Assembly (NCBI GenBank): GCA_973895155.1
Contig: OZ316891.1
Coordinates: 2,161,324 to 2,225,323 of the forward strand
DNA length: 64,000 nt
DNA from: Marsupella aquatica
Taxonomy: Eukaryota > Plantae > Marchantiophyta
Reading direction: 5' to 3'
Shown here: positions 25,416 through 39,253 of the stretch, piece by piece
How positions within the stretch are numbered: the stretch's first letter is position 1
Layout: the number at the start of each line of letters is the position of its first letter
The notes under the pieces: model-generated
What the model saw: the letters and a program-made list of their open reading frames with translations, nothing else
Told to the model about the DNA's origin: nothing
The model's database searches: none
Position numbers and translations under genes: made by a program

Positions 25416-28400
25416 TCTGACGACCTTTCTTCAGTGATCTGTGCCAGTTGTGAGAGACCTGGCCATTCGCAGACGAGAGCTAGGCCACGAGAAACAGAAA
25501 TGCTACTAACAAATTTGTTCAACTTCTTGTATTCATTCTAGACTGGCAGATTTCCGCTCCATCCGTCCCACTCAATCTAGTTGAAGTAGAAGGGAATGAA
25601 ATGCGATCCGAGCCCACCGTAGTGGAGCTTCCTGCGCTCCCTATCTTAGTCTATTCGAGCCACTCGCATTAATTTGCAGTTAAGTGCTGTCCGAACTCGT
25701 CCAGCTCGCGCTCATTTAGGAGTAGGAACCGTTTGGGGGCGTGACAAGGACTTTTGGGAGCTTGGCATTGGGGAAGGAGTTTTGGGGGCGTAACGGTACT
25801 GCTTCCGCGGGCTCCCGGTGCAGCAAGGTGGGAGGGAGAGTGACAAGATGGGAGAGCGAGGTAATGAAGGAGGGTTGGAAATGCAGAACGTCGGTTTCCC
25901 TGAGAAGCCCAACTAACAAGCTCTTGCGTATCTTTGACCACATTGCATTTATTTTCAGCTAGCCGAAGCTTTGTTGTATACTGTGGGAGGCCGACGAGGA
26001 AGCGATAATTTTTGTGGTTGGAAGAGGGGCGGGTGATGATGACTTGGTAGGAGGCAGCCATACATCTGTTGAATCCTGAGCTTTTCAGTTTCGTGTTGGC
26101 CTCGGTTTCTTGAAGCTCTATGGTATGGATTAGTGTGTTGGGCATGATCACGATCAACCTTCCGATTCTGCGTTTAACTCAATTCAAACCCTGAATTGTC
26201 AATGGCTCTTGGCTTCTGAAGCTTCAAGTTTTTTGTTCCGTGTATTTGCTTGGTGTTCTCGTGTCATTGTGGGACGATCTTATTGCGTTTTCCAATCACG
26301 CGTTGCAGATTGCCGAGGACAGGTTCTTTCGGCGATTCCATGGAAGGAGTTGTCCTTATTTCGAACAAGACATACTGATTGACTCTGTTTGAGAACCAGA
26401 CCATATCCTCTCCCCATTGATCAATTTTGATGTACCGATTTATTTCGGAGGAGGGGTTGAGGGCGACAAGGGAACTGAAGAAAGTGGCACCTAAGATGAC
26501 TGTCGGGATAGCTAGAAACAATCAATGTTTTATGGGCAGCGGTTGTCTTGAGCTCAACAAAACAAGTTTTGAGAGTCATCTGCGGATGACTAATGGTCGA
26601 GAAGCACTGGGCACCAGGTACGGATCCGTGAGGCCTTTTTTTGTTTGGGTCCTTCTCACTTGATTGTAACCTTAGCAAAATCGTGTTGTTTTTCTGCCAA
26701 GGTTCTTAGAATTCGTTTGGAAAGATTCTCGTCCTGGAGTAGGTCTTCCCATCATTGTACATCCTGTAGGTATTGATCCTTGTCTTCCCGTCACGGGCTC
26801 CATATAGTGTCACTTTGAGAAGAATGCCTTGATGTGACTTTCGTATGTGTTGACGCCGTGGCCTCTGTTGTCGATCTGCTGCAGGGCGTCATTCTATTGA
26901 TTTGCGGTGGGAGTTGCAACAAGTTCCAAGGCTGAAGATCTGAAGGTCTTCTGCAAAACCGAGTTCAGGCACAGCAGTTCTACCTCCAATGCTGATTGCG
27001 GGCTTTCGAAATGTATTCAAAATGGCTAAATAACAGACTCTGATTTTGGCTTACAATGTACAGTTTGCCAGTCTTTCAACCTGTGTGATGATTTTATTGA
27101 ATGTTGAGGATCTGATAGCTGTGTTTAGCTTATCTGTGTTCTTGTCGGTGAATTCCGTATTGCGATGATGCGTGCATCACCCTTATCCGTGCATGATCTT
27201 TGATTCCTAGTACTTTTAAACTAATTTTGAGAAAATGTTTCCAAAACTGCTCAAGTTATTCTGAAATTGTTCATGGTTATCCATTGAAGAGACCCTTCCG
27301 AATAATCAGATCAAGAACAATTTGGCCGGTTGGACACATAAAGTTCAAAGTTGATTGTTCGTTTGAGAACACGCTGCATGCTGCACATGAATGTTTTCAC
27401 TTTACCTTTGGGTTGGAATGGATTCAGTTTGTAATTTCCTTTGAGATGTTCCTTTCTTTCTTCCTCCTAGTTAGTGGCCAAATGATCCAGGAAGGGTTTA
27501 TCCACGTATATCACCTTCAAATTGGAAAAACTGCAGAGGGAAATCTTCTATGAAGGATTTCTTCACTTTGATGGGTTTGTGTGAAAGCACGCTGTGTTGC
27601 AAGTTTATTCCTGTCAGGGCTTGAAGTTCTTTACAAAAGCTTGGACCAACATTTCATCTCAGTCCACCCATTTTTGCTCTAGATCAATGTCTCCATTTTT
27701 CTCTACAAATCTGGTGACCAAGGCCTCATCTCAGTCCCAGGCACAGATGACAGATTAGACAGATGTCTTCAATCAGAACTTAGTAGAATTATTTGCAGGG
27801 CACTCCTTGAGCTTTCTGTGGTGACCAAGCCGCTTCACGAAGTTAAAAGTTGTGGTTGGTGGTCATTTTGTTTTTTGGAGGGGGGGGGGGGGGGGTGGTT
27901 TGTAGATTTGTGAAGGGTCGAGCATTGAATTTTCGTCCAAAGTTGAGGTGTTCTTACAATCTCCCTTGTCTTTTTTGGTGTGTCCATCAATTCAAGTTAC
28001 CTGTCTCTTGGGAGTATGAACAAAAGTTAGAGCCATGCCTAATGAGTTGCTTCGTTTCAGTTGGCCCAAAGTCCTGAGCTTTTGCGAGAGAGGAGCCAGC
28101 GCACAAACATGACCTGGACATCAATGTTAATCAAAACAGTAAATAACACACGACCGTTTTGGGCTGCTGCTCAAGTCACAATGAGGTTAATTAGGCTTCT
28201 GATCAGAGCAATGAGAGTCTGTCAGGTAGATGGCCTGCGGAATACAAATTCAGTCTGCGCACACTGTAGGCAACCAAATATCGTAGACAAACTTAGAACC
28301 AAATCGTGAAGAGTCTCTTTAACCATATGTAGATACCGAGGGAAACCGAGGGAATTCTGTTGCGTTCGAGACATTTATGGTCCAGTTTGACTTTCTCGAT

Positions 28401-29446
28401 TCAGCCAACTATGAAATTTTCATGATTCAGCCGTCGGAAGTCAGCACTCAACATGCTGTCAGCTGTTCATTGAACGAGACAGCTACTGTACAGGGAGTTT
28501 TGTCATCATCGATTGAAATCGATCGAACGAAGTAGTAAGTCTTTGTAGTATACAGTGGAGGGCAGATTCCATCCGAAGCTCAATTTCAAATGTCGGAAGC
28601 AACGTTTGTATTGTTCATTAAACTTGACTGATTGTACGTACAAAGTATTCAAAATTGTCTGCATCATGAGAAAGGTAAGTAGTCGTGGAGCATATCGGAG
28701 TCAGATTAGCTTTAAACAATGAGGAGCTCCACATGAATGTGCAAGCACTCATATTTTCTTTGGGCAACAAGAGTCCATTCTCTTACATCGCGAGACTCGC
28801 AAAATTGACTCCATTTGTCATCATACCAATTGTTTCCGAGCACTCTGTGATCGAGAATGCTCTTCTGTTCTCTGACAAGGCCACCGGATGAGTGTGGAGG
28901 AAGCCTAATTATGAAGGAAACCAGGTTTCGTGGAAAGACTCTGCAATCCCAGCTTCGTTCATCTTACTGAGCTTGCCTACAAAGACAAATTAAGCTCTTT
29001 GACCTGGAGAATAGCGGACTGTCCAATAGGATCTACTGGCAGTGTGAAATTGACTATGTCCTCTGAAGTGTTATGAATTCCCGCAGAGATTGGATTTCAT
29101 GTTGATTGTGTCCTCTTAATGTCATAAACTACCGCGAACTCTTGGATTTCATGTGACTGGATGTATGTTTCAAATAACAGAAACCCATTTTCACAGACAG
29201 TTCCTTCATTACTGGACCCAAACATTGCTGGCATAATTTAATCCGGCTCCATCCCGGTCAGGTGGTCCCCTTCGTCAGTTTCTCAGAGTGGAACGGAGCC
29301 AGCAGCTCCTCCTCTCGGGCATCGATCATTCAGTTTAAACGCTAAATTAGTTTTACAAGGTTGGTTTCGGGCCAATCCAATCATCTTTCATACTTGGACG
29401 TGTTTTGAGGAGTTCTTCTCAGTAGCCATAGTCTTTGAATGAGGTA

Positions 29447-29620
29447 GTCAAAACCATTTCTTGTGCCCAGAGAGTTTGCATTGCTGTGTGGTAACTCATA
29501 GGACTTGGGTAAGTTCAAATGCTGTGTCTGACTTGGGTTCAAGTGAGGTCAAAGCCGTTTCTTGTGCCCAGAGAGTTTGCATTGTTGTGTGGTAACTCAT
29601 AGGACTTGGGTAAGTTCAAA
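29447..29620. repeat. ~101-bp-period tandem duplication
   Basis: TTTCTTGTGCCCAGAGAGTTTGCATTGyTGTGTGGTAACTCATAGGACTTGGGTAAGTTCAAAT occurs twice. Confidence 0.9.
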
Positions 29621-30207
29621 TTTGTGACGGACTTGGGTACAAGTGTTGTGACTGACTGTTCCCTTTTTGTGGGGTTTTCACACATTTCCCCTTGAATTAA
29701 AAAAAAACCAAAAAACATTTATTGGGTAATCACCTACTTAGTGCACATGTGAGAATACTTATGATTTTAGAGGGTTAATACTCTTAGGTGAAATATAGGT
29801 GAAGAAATCAAATTTGTTCATGATGCAGTGAGAGACACGGCCAAAGTTCTCTCCAGGACTTGAATTTGTACAAGTGAGACGAGAGGTGCTGCTTGATTTA
29901 CGTGGTCCTCTGCCTGGTCCTATGTCACCAAGACTAAGCATTGATTTTACCATGGTATGAATTGACAAGGGTACCCTGGTTGATGTTGTGATAGCCAACC
30001 CTTGGCAGTAGGACATCATTGGACAACAACATCACAGTCAGAGTAGCAGCAACACAAGTGACAATGGCAAAAGACTGAGAAGAAATATGCAACACCAGCA
30101 ACATCAAATAACATCAATCTCCTTGCTAATTATGTGGTATTTGAAAAACCATTTCATCAATTTGAAGGGTTGCTTTGATAAGCGATTTGGGACACTCATC
30201 TTTGGCT

Positions 30208-30315
30208 GGTTCCACTGAGCCACCACAATCCATCAATCCATTTTGATGACGTAATTCTGTTGGTTCCACTGAGCCACCGCAATCCATCAATCCATTTTGA
30301 TGACAAAATTCTGTT
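30208..30315. repeat. 54-bp tandem duplication
   Basis: GGTTCCACTGAGCCACCrCAATCCATCAATCCATTTTGATGAC..AATTCTGTT occurs twice. Confidence 0.9.
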
Positions 30316-32766
30316 AGAGCGTGCTCAAACCCGAGCAATCCATCATAAATCTCTAGATGTGGGGACTAGTGTGCCTCAACAAGGGCTTGTTGCTTAGTGG
30401 GCATACATGCATGTCCCACTTCTAAATTTAGTTATGACACTAGATGTGGGCCATTAGATCATCACACTATTGCAATGGTAGAGAGTTTTCTTATTTTATT
30501 TTATATTGTTTTATTCTTAGTTTAGGAGTTTAGTGTTTGTCCTTGCCTGCCTCTTGCTTTTACTCCTTCAAGCTTTCTTTGGCCCTCTGTTTCTCTTAGA
30601 AGGAGAACTGGCAAGGAAAACTTTGCAATCCAGCATGTGTTCCATGTGCTACAGAAACTTACCTAGCGTCCACTTACATAGGTAGTCACCAGACTGTAGA
30701 CCAGGTGGCCTGAGTAGGTAGTTGAGGACATTAGTAAATGAGAGTTTGTTGAAGTTGGTACTCGAATAGACCACAACGTTGGACCCAAATGGACCGAGCA
30801 GCTCTTGACACCCAAATAGGTGAGCATTGATAAAGATGAAAGTTGCTGTTTGAGTAATAAGTAATGTTCCAAGATGGTCAATGGCAAGTTGGGTAGCTCA
30901 TCTGAGCATCTTGTCAAACATCATGGTCCCTCTGGCTTAAAGTACCACTTGCTTTTGTCTTGTTTGTTTCTGTACTTTATGGAAGGGAAGATCAATCACA
31001 GGCTGTGCGGGGGCATTTTGAGATTTGTCCTCTATTTCTTTTTTGGTGAAAGAAAGTCAAATCTCAACTGGCACAAAATTTAATTTCTCCAGTGCAGAGA
31101 AAGGGAAAGAAGGAAACCTTTCAGGCCCAACTCCTTTGTTACCAGGGTATTATGAACAAAAACTTTAGCTCAAAACTTGGTTTAAATCACTGGTCTGTGG
31201 AGTCATTATAGCTCACAATGCCCTGGAAACAAACAGGGTATTACTATATGCAAATGTCACCTCAAAAAGGGCGGGGTGAGCTCAATAATTCCATGTCAAG
31301 TTGTCAAGTTCTTAGGCCTGTGTGAGAGCTTATTGAGTTTGTGACTTGAGGGTAATCGTGACTTGAATCATGTGAATACGTTTTGAGAACCTGGAGAGTC
31401 CCTGGTCTGCTTAGAGCTAACGCTCTGATGGGATTTTTGGAAAAGTCTAATTGTGCTTGTGGTATAGTCTTTCGTGACTCTAACAGTCTGGACTCAAAAG
31501 TCTTTCTATGGAGGTTTGTGGAGCTTCCCTGCCTTCTTGCTGCAAATGACATAACTGCCACCTGGATCCATTTTCCACATTTATAATAGCCTAGTTCAAT
31601 GATTATACCACACCCATGCTGGATGGCTCCATAATGATTCTAGCAAGTAATTCTGGCGATGTACAGTTTTTTGGATGTCCAGCAACAGCTCTGCAGCTGT
31701 ACTACTCGCAGTGCGCAGGCTCTGAACCTTAGAAACGATGTGAAATTCAGCACGAGAGGCTACAGTAGATAGTCTGAGCGAACCTGTATAACGTTCCTCA
31801 AATGTTGGCGAATGAATGCAAACCAGTCACAGAACTATATGACTGGTGGTGATAAATTTGGAATGAGTCAATTCAAAGTCCATAGAGACGGACAATGATG
31901 TTCAGAGCAGGTAATTAACCGCGTGCGCGATGGGAGGGGAGTCTCTCGAGAGGCAGGTTGCTCGATAGGAATTGTAGGTTGAGCAAGATTGAAGGTGGTA
32001 GAAATTGTCCTACATGTCCTAGACAACATTGCCGAACTTATCCAGGAAATCATTGGGACGAACTAGTCATGAACTGCACAACTTCCCAGGCACCTGATTG
32101 AATGGCAATTGTCCGGGCAATTGTCAGGGCATCTATACAATGCACGCGATCGTCGTTGTGGATGCACATGCTGGGCATCTCCCAAACTACAAGGCCTCCG
32201 GTTCTACAGTAATCGCAAAATGACCAATCGATGGACGTCCAAGACAAAACCCGAGGAAGGAGACTGGAAATTGTGGCTTGCGAAACTAGAGGAGCTGGCG
32301 AGGGAGATGGTAGGTTGACAGAGTCGATCTCCGTAAGGGACCACTACGCGTTAGCTTAGGTGCTGATATAGAGCGACATTCGCTTCGGAAGCTAGTTGGA
32401 AGTTACTTAGCAGTGATCGAGTCAACCTGCAGTCAGTTGGCCATCTATGGTTTTTTGAGCCTTGATTGACATCGATCATTGATCGAACCAATCCCTACCT
32501 AAGTCTTCGAAAGTAAATCAGCTCGAGGGTAGTAAGTTGTAGGATCCAACGATCGGAACTTCAGTTTATCCAAATGAAAATTTGCCAAATACTAGTGGCG
32601 AGATTCGACATATACTATGCATATCCTTGTTCTTCTATATCGAACCATCAAACAGGCAATGCAAGGACGAGGGGAAGGACAGTTTGGACAATCTGGACAG
32701 AAGGGACTGTCAATACTGTAGTACTTTGCCTTTGGGACCTTGTCTCCTGGTTTGGCGTTTTTGCCC

Positions 32767-32883
32767 TTGGGCACTGTGTGATATGTAGTACTCAGAATAA
32801 ATTAGCTTTAGATTGACTTCGTTTTTGCACTTGGGCACTGTGTGATATGTAGTACTCAGAATAAATTAGCTTTAGATTGACTT
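32767..32883. repeat. ~64-bp-period tandem duplication
   Basis: CTTGGGCACTGTGTGATATGTAGTACTCAGAATAAATTAGCTTTAGATTGACTT occurs twice. Confidence 0.9.
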
Positions 32884-34947
32884 GGCACATATATCAAGGA
32901 GCTATATTAGTATTGCACTTGGTTGACAAGAGTCTGTTCGCTTTCGTCGCTTGACTGCCAAAATTGACTCCGTTGGACCCTTTTGCCAAGCCAGCTGCCC
33001 TTCTGCTATATGGTCAGGCCACCGGATACGTGGAAAAGACGGAATATAAGTTTCTTGAGAACCTGCGCTCCTTCCTCGGTTGAAACCGTGGGACTCAAAT
33101 ATGACTTGGTATTAGAAAAAACCTAGTAAACCGTAGAGTAACTTACGCTGTTGCTTAAGAAGAGGTGAACATCAAAGACCGAAGCTTTATTCACCTCGGA
33201 CCTGACAGTGTTCGGGACCGTGTCCTACTGAAAACCGCCGACAACAATTTTGTATTCACCAAATGCTTTGCGTCTATCTACTCATCTTGACTCAGGTCAA
33301 TGTTTAATCTTAAAAATAGTTGAATTTACTCACCATAAATTGGGGCATGGAAGGACTTTACAGTCCTCCGGATCGGCAATTTCTATCCCGTAAGGCTATG
33401 ACAAAGATTAATTCTTTGAACGAATTGGTCCACCTGTTCTGACAAAATTGGACGAGGTTGAATTGAAGTTGCGAGCCGCCGTGAGCCCTCAATCGAAGGG
33501 GGCGAATGATCGAAGCTCAGGCAGAAATTGTTCAGTCTTCTTTCCCCACGAGCCCATTTTGTCAACTGCAGTAATCCTGATTCCAGCTGACGCCGGAATT
33601 CCTGACTTCTCGCCCAGCAGCCTTTTTTTTCCATTACAACTAGCTGCTACCGCTGCACTCCACTCGGTGGATGCCACGCTCTGGCACTAAAGCAATTTGC
33701 TTCAACTGCGATGTAATTTCTCGGTTGATCGAGTTCACGGGAGGACTGTACGTCAGCCACCTATCAACGGTGTTCGTTCTTCCTTGAAGTCTCCAACAGC
33801 TGTCAAACTTGCAGGATCTACGGTCTCACTATCACTCAGGCATTGCATTGTTCATGATTCTTCACAGGCTGGGTCTCCCGATTCGGTTGGTGTTTGATTC
33901 TTGAATCCCAATGCAGTACATGACGTAAATTGCATTGGGTTTGTTAAGAGTCCGGGGCCACTTAGTCCCATCCCGGTGGCTACTGTCAAACAACCAGCAA
34001 GCCCTTCAGCATAGTGCAGTCAACTGTTCGTCCTCTCTGGGTTCGGTTGCAATTGTTTAGCAGGGACTAGAGGGGACTGGCAATTACAATTTTCACAAGT
34101 CACGAGGTGTCCGACTTGTTACAATGAAATGGACTTAGAAACGCACTTCAGAAGACCATACTACTCAGAAGACCATACTGACCCAGAACATTCTTGGAGG
34201 TCGTGCATTTTCCACACCGTTCTCTGTGGAATGCTATGTGAAGCAGTACGCTTGATTAGTTTAAACTGCAAGGAAAGGAACGCATTTTGCGAAGCAAGGC
34301 TTTTGAGTAGGAGTTAGTGTTCCACCATTTAGTGTTCATTAATAGTTGATTACAGAGTTGTCTACTTCGTAAAGTTCAGATGTTAATGACCAATGATGCA
34401 CTTTTACCATCTACTTAACTGATTCTAGAGCTCAGATGTTAAGAAATAATCATGAAATACCAATTACGTAACTGATTCTAGAGCTACAAGACTAGGAGAA
34501 AGCCTACTCTAGCACTAAGCTAGGACATTTTTACAACAATAAAACAGAAACATAGGGTGTGAACCACATTCTTTAGGTACAAATTTGAATGTTTATGTGA
34601 GGATGCTTTTTTTTTGTTTTTTTGTTTGCCTTGAAAAATCTTTTTGAATTCCATAAAAAAAAACAGCATACAAAGAGGGGCCACAAGGGCAACACCAGGG
34701 TGGACCGCAAAGGTCAGAAGTGCCAGAAAACAAAAACCGGTGGGGCCGGCACCAGGAAAGAAACTAAGGCCCCCCAAAGGGGCAGCTAAATAAGACATTT
34801 AACTACTGCAGCAGGAGAAGCACACTCCATAAGGCTGGCCAGTGCTCAGGTCCCGGCAAGGTTCCATTCAGTGGGTCCGTGATAGGCTTACATATCTATC
34901 GGTCAACCTGTAGTGAAGAATCTAGTCCTGTGAGACTAACAAGGGAT

Positions 34948-37900
34948 TCATGGCGGGCGGGGTGGGACAGGTGGGACTTGAAGTCTGTCCAGATGATAGT
35001 CCCACAAGCCAGCATGCTCCCCATAATCAAAACACATATCCATGTAGGCCTTCTCCATGGTGGACTTCCCATCCCTGACCCTTGCACGATGTCGGGCCCA
35101 GTCAATCCGAAGGTAAATGCCCAGCCAGTGCCAAGATTTTTGAATTACTACATGTGGGTTAGACCTAGTGTGCTCAATGAAGTGGGAGCTCCGGTCTTTC
35201 CAAATATTCCAACACACAATGGCCCTCAAGATGTGCCATAGTTTACCAGGGACATTCCACTCCTCTGGAAGCGGGTCAGCCACAAAGATGTGAATCGGCT
35301 GCAGATTGAAACTTCCAACACCAATATATGGCGGATGCCAGCCCGAGAGTGTATTGTACCCAATTCCAGATCAGCTGTGAGACAGGGCAGGTCCAAATGC
35401 AATGAATGATGTCTTCTTGCTGCTACAGATTGCATCTGGTACACCATGTTAACTCATCGAACACGGGCAGCTGAGGGTTCCTCCAGTGTTGTACGTGTTG
35501 CCGGAATCCTGTAGACAAGTTGCCATAAGAAGCAATTCTCAGAGGCTGCACGATAGGGTAGCCAAGTGTTGCGCCAAAGAGTCATGAAATCTGGCCGCCA
35601 ATCAAGACTTTCAGCCCACTTGGTCAGGGCCTTATGCATCCTAGTTCTGGATTGCCCTTGGAGTCTCCGTAGATGTGCAGTGCATGTGTCTTGGAATGGA
35701 GTGCCATCACTCCAAGTGTATTGCAGTAAATATTTAGCCAAGTCCCCTGTGGGATTTCCAATCCGCTGCCTGGTTGTCACCTTGGAGGTAGTGACCCTGA
35801 TCAGTACCCGATTGAGCAGGACATCTGGAGGAGGTGTAGATCGGACCGATTTGTACAGAAAACCATTTTGTACCCTGAAAGTATTAACTGGTTTGGATAT
35901 GTCATGAAATTGCTGCCAATTTGTTGTGATGTGCTTACGCTGAACCTCAAATTCCCAAATCCAATGGGAATTATCAGGAAGAATAGCCTCCATAAATACA
36001 GGATCCCGTTGTTCTCTGCATGAGTCTAACTTAGGTACAGTTCTAAGGTTGGCTATCAACTTCCTATACGCATGCGCACAATTCCTTGGAAGGGATTGCC
36101 CTGGGCCCTCCTCCCAGGACAGAAAGTCTCCCTCCGTGTTGAGGACATCCTGCATAGTCACAAAACCAGCACGACGAATTCGGCGTTGCGGATTCGAGAG
36201 GCACTTAGCTTGATTGTCATGTGTGTGATTAAGGTGCGGTCTCCACAGGGGCAAGTTACGCCAACCCTCCAAATGCCCAGGGGCAGAAGGCCGCATGTGG
36301 CCCTTGATGACATTCCAGCCGGTGCATATGTTGGACCAGACCACAGACCCTCCAGATGGACACGTGTAGCATGGAGTGAAGACCCAAGTGAAGTCCTCCA
36401 CCCCCCATTTCTTCCCTGAGAGTTTCCGAAGGTACATCTGAAGAATCCTTCTGAGCGGGTGATCAACATCTGCCAATGCCCACACGATAAAGCTGCCTGC
36501 CAAAGCCCTGAATTGAGCCTGTATTGAGATAAGTCCAAGTCCACCATGACACTTAGGTCTAGTAATAGTGGCCAGATCTACTCGAAATCTAGCCTTCTCG
36601 TTCTGGCCAGCCCATACAAAGGTAGTGATCTTTTTTTGCAGAGAATCAAGTGTCTTAGGGTGCCCTGCCCACACAGTAAGGAAGTACCAAATAGTGCTCA
36701 TGATTAAATGGTTGGCAACCGTGACCCTAGCAGTGAGCGACCCTGACCTCTTCCGAATCCGATCAAGTCTGGATTCCAACCTATCCGATACAAATTTCAC
36801 CAGTTGTGGCTCAGAAATACCTTGTGCCATGGGGATGCCAAGTAGCTTCGTTGCTGTTGAATCATTTTCCCAACTCCACGGCAGACACTGGAATTCCGCA
36901 AGGATCGGGCCATCCGGAATCAAAGCTGCCTTAGTCTGCTCCCAAATGCAGTGGAGCCCGGACGCAGCCCCAAACAATTTCCAGTTTTCTATGGCTAAAT
37001 TCCACAAATCTCATGTTGGCTCTGAGGAGTAGCGAAACATCATCGGCATAAAAATTATGTACATTGTGTACCCCGATTTTGGTCATGTTGACTCCTACTA
37101 GGTCCCCTTGATCCACAGCCTTCAGAAAAATATTGCTAAGTGCATCAAGGGCAATTATGAAGAGCAATGGAGAGAGCGGACATCCCTGCCTCACCGAGCG
37201 CTCCAGGGAAAAGGACTCAGCCATTTTCCCATTCAGTAGAACTGCCGATGAAGCGGAGTGAAAGCCTGCACGAAGAAATTGCATGATAAGCCCGTCAAAT
37301 CCAGCCTTTTCCATAACTCTGAGAAGGAAGTGCCACTCAAGCCTGTCGAATGCCTTGGAAACATCAAGCTTCATAAGAATGTATTGCAGTCCCGATGCTT
37401 CACCATGGTGGAGGAGCTCATTAAGGAGGAGCAAGGAGTGGTGGATGTTACGGCCAGGCAAAAACACAAATTGCTGAGTAATGAAATGCTGTAGGATTGG
37501 TATGAGACGCAGTTGAAAAGCCTTGGCTCCAATCTTATACATTACGTTCAAAAGCGTGATGGGTCTTTTATTTGTAAGCCTACGCTGGTCATTCTTTTTG
37601 CACAAATTAAAGAATGATAAACCCCCGTGTGAATTCCACCGTGAAAGTACCCTGCTCCATTCCATGGAGAATTGCTTTGTGGAGCGAGGGCCCCACTGTT
37701 TTCCAATGAGCCACAAAGAATTCAATTGGGACCCCATCTGGGCCGGGACACTTGTTAGTCGCTAGCGCTTGAGCAGCTCTGCCAAGTTCATCCACTGTCA
37801 GGGGCAAATCCAATGCAGTTCGATCAGCTTCCGTTATCACCTTTGATTGCATAGCAAGCAGTTGTTCCAATTGATCAGGTTGGCAGCCCGCTGATGTACC

Positions 37901-39253
37901 CAAGGTATCCTTAAAAAATGTTGTGGCCGCCGTTGCCATCTCCTGCCACCTAGACACCAGCCGTTCCTCCTGGTCAAAAAGCTGACGGATTTTGTTGCTC
38001 ATCGCCAAGCCTTTGAAGGTCCAAAAAAAAATCTTGGAGCATTTTTTTCCATCTGCAATCCACCGCGATTGCAAGACATAATCCATCCATTTTACTTGCT
38101 CTCCATCAAATTCGTGGATCAGTGACTCAACCTCTCTAACCATAGCCTGCGCCTGGCTGTCCTGAACGTGAGATTCGAGATACAGTTGTGCCCGGGCCAA
38201 ATTCTCCCGAAGGATTGATTCCCTCAGCCGTCTCTCAGCTGCTCTTCGTTTGCCCCAGCACCTGTCCATCTTCCTTGCGATCTTGATGCAGTGGGATAGA
38301 GTGTCGTCCGGTGTCAAACTCCTCTGTACACAACCCGCCACCTCCTCTGTCCACATATGGGTAATTTGATCCTGGTATGTTGGTTGGTGTTGGTGTCCTG
38401 TGTTCATCCTGTGTTGGGAAAAATGTTTGATGGCATTAACCGGGTACATTGTTGCACACACAGGAGCATGATCAGATAGGGGAATGTCGAGCAGAATAGT
38501 GGATGTGATGGTGAACTTGGAATTCAGCTCCCCTACCATGGAGTAAATCCGATCAATTCTCCTGAGCACTCTGTCTCCCCTGGGCCCCGTCTGAGTTCTT
38601 GGGTTGTGACGATGCCTCCTCTTGCTATCCCAGCTGAACCGCAGATGTCCAAGCTATTGCTGGAAAGTGTCTTCCCAGTGGAAACGCCTCTTCAAATGTC
38701 TCCAGGCCCTCATCTCAATTCCGGCTACAATACTGGTGGTCCCACCCCGTTGATCAGCTCTACCTTCAATCATATTAAAATCCCCCATGACAATCCAATT
38801 GCAAGAAGGGTCAAGCCGATTGAAAATCTCACGCCACAAATCAGTTCTCTCCCCAGGTGAATTTGGCCCATATATCCCCAAGAACCCAATCTTCCCAGTG
38901 ATGGTGTGGTTGATACACACCCAAACCGCCCATTTACTGGGTAGAACCCCTTCCCCTGTGATGAATGGCACCAATGAATTGTGAATTCCCAATGCAAGAC
39001 CACCCAATCCAGCCACGACCCTCTGATTCCGAATGGCGTGGACGCCATCCACAGCAGGAGCATAAACCCAATGCGCGGCAGGCCAGACCTCATGTTGAAT
39101 TTTTTTCACCTGGCCCTCCCTGAGTTTGTGCTCCTGAATGCACAGGATATCGGGTCTGCATTGGAGCCCCTCCAAATTGGATCAGGCTTGGAGGCGACAA
39201 CTCCGCGATGCCAGGCCCCTCAGGTTGTAAGTTGACAATGTTAGATGGGCCAT
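34948..39253 (-). pseudogene. LINE ORF2: AP endonuclease + reverse transcriptase + zinc finger, broken by stops and frameshifts
   Basis: Starts MAHLTLSTYNLRGL. EN motifs DILCIQEHK, MGDFNM, RRIDRIY, SDHAPV. RT motifs KCPGPDG, RPITLLN, KLDVSKAFDR, RQGCPLSPLLF, FYADD. C-terminal CTRC..HCIWTC and WNIWKDRS. Confidence 0.92.

Noticed and set aside
28685-32320. Short ORFs and coding-like fragments at 28.7-29.1, 30.7-30.9 and 31.9-32.3 kb
   Set aside because: No recognisable motifs or coherent exon chain.
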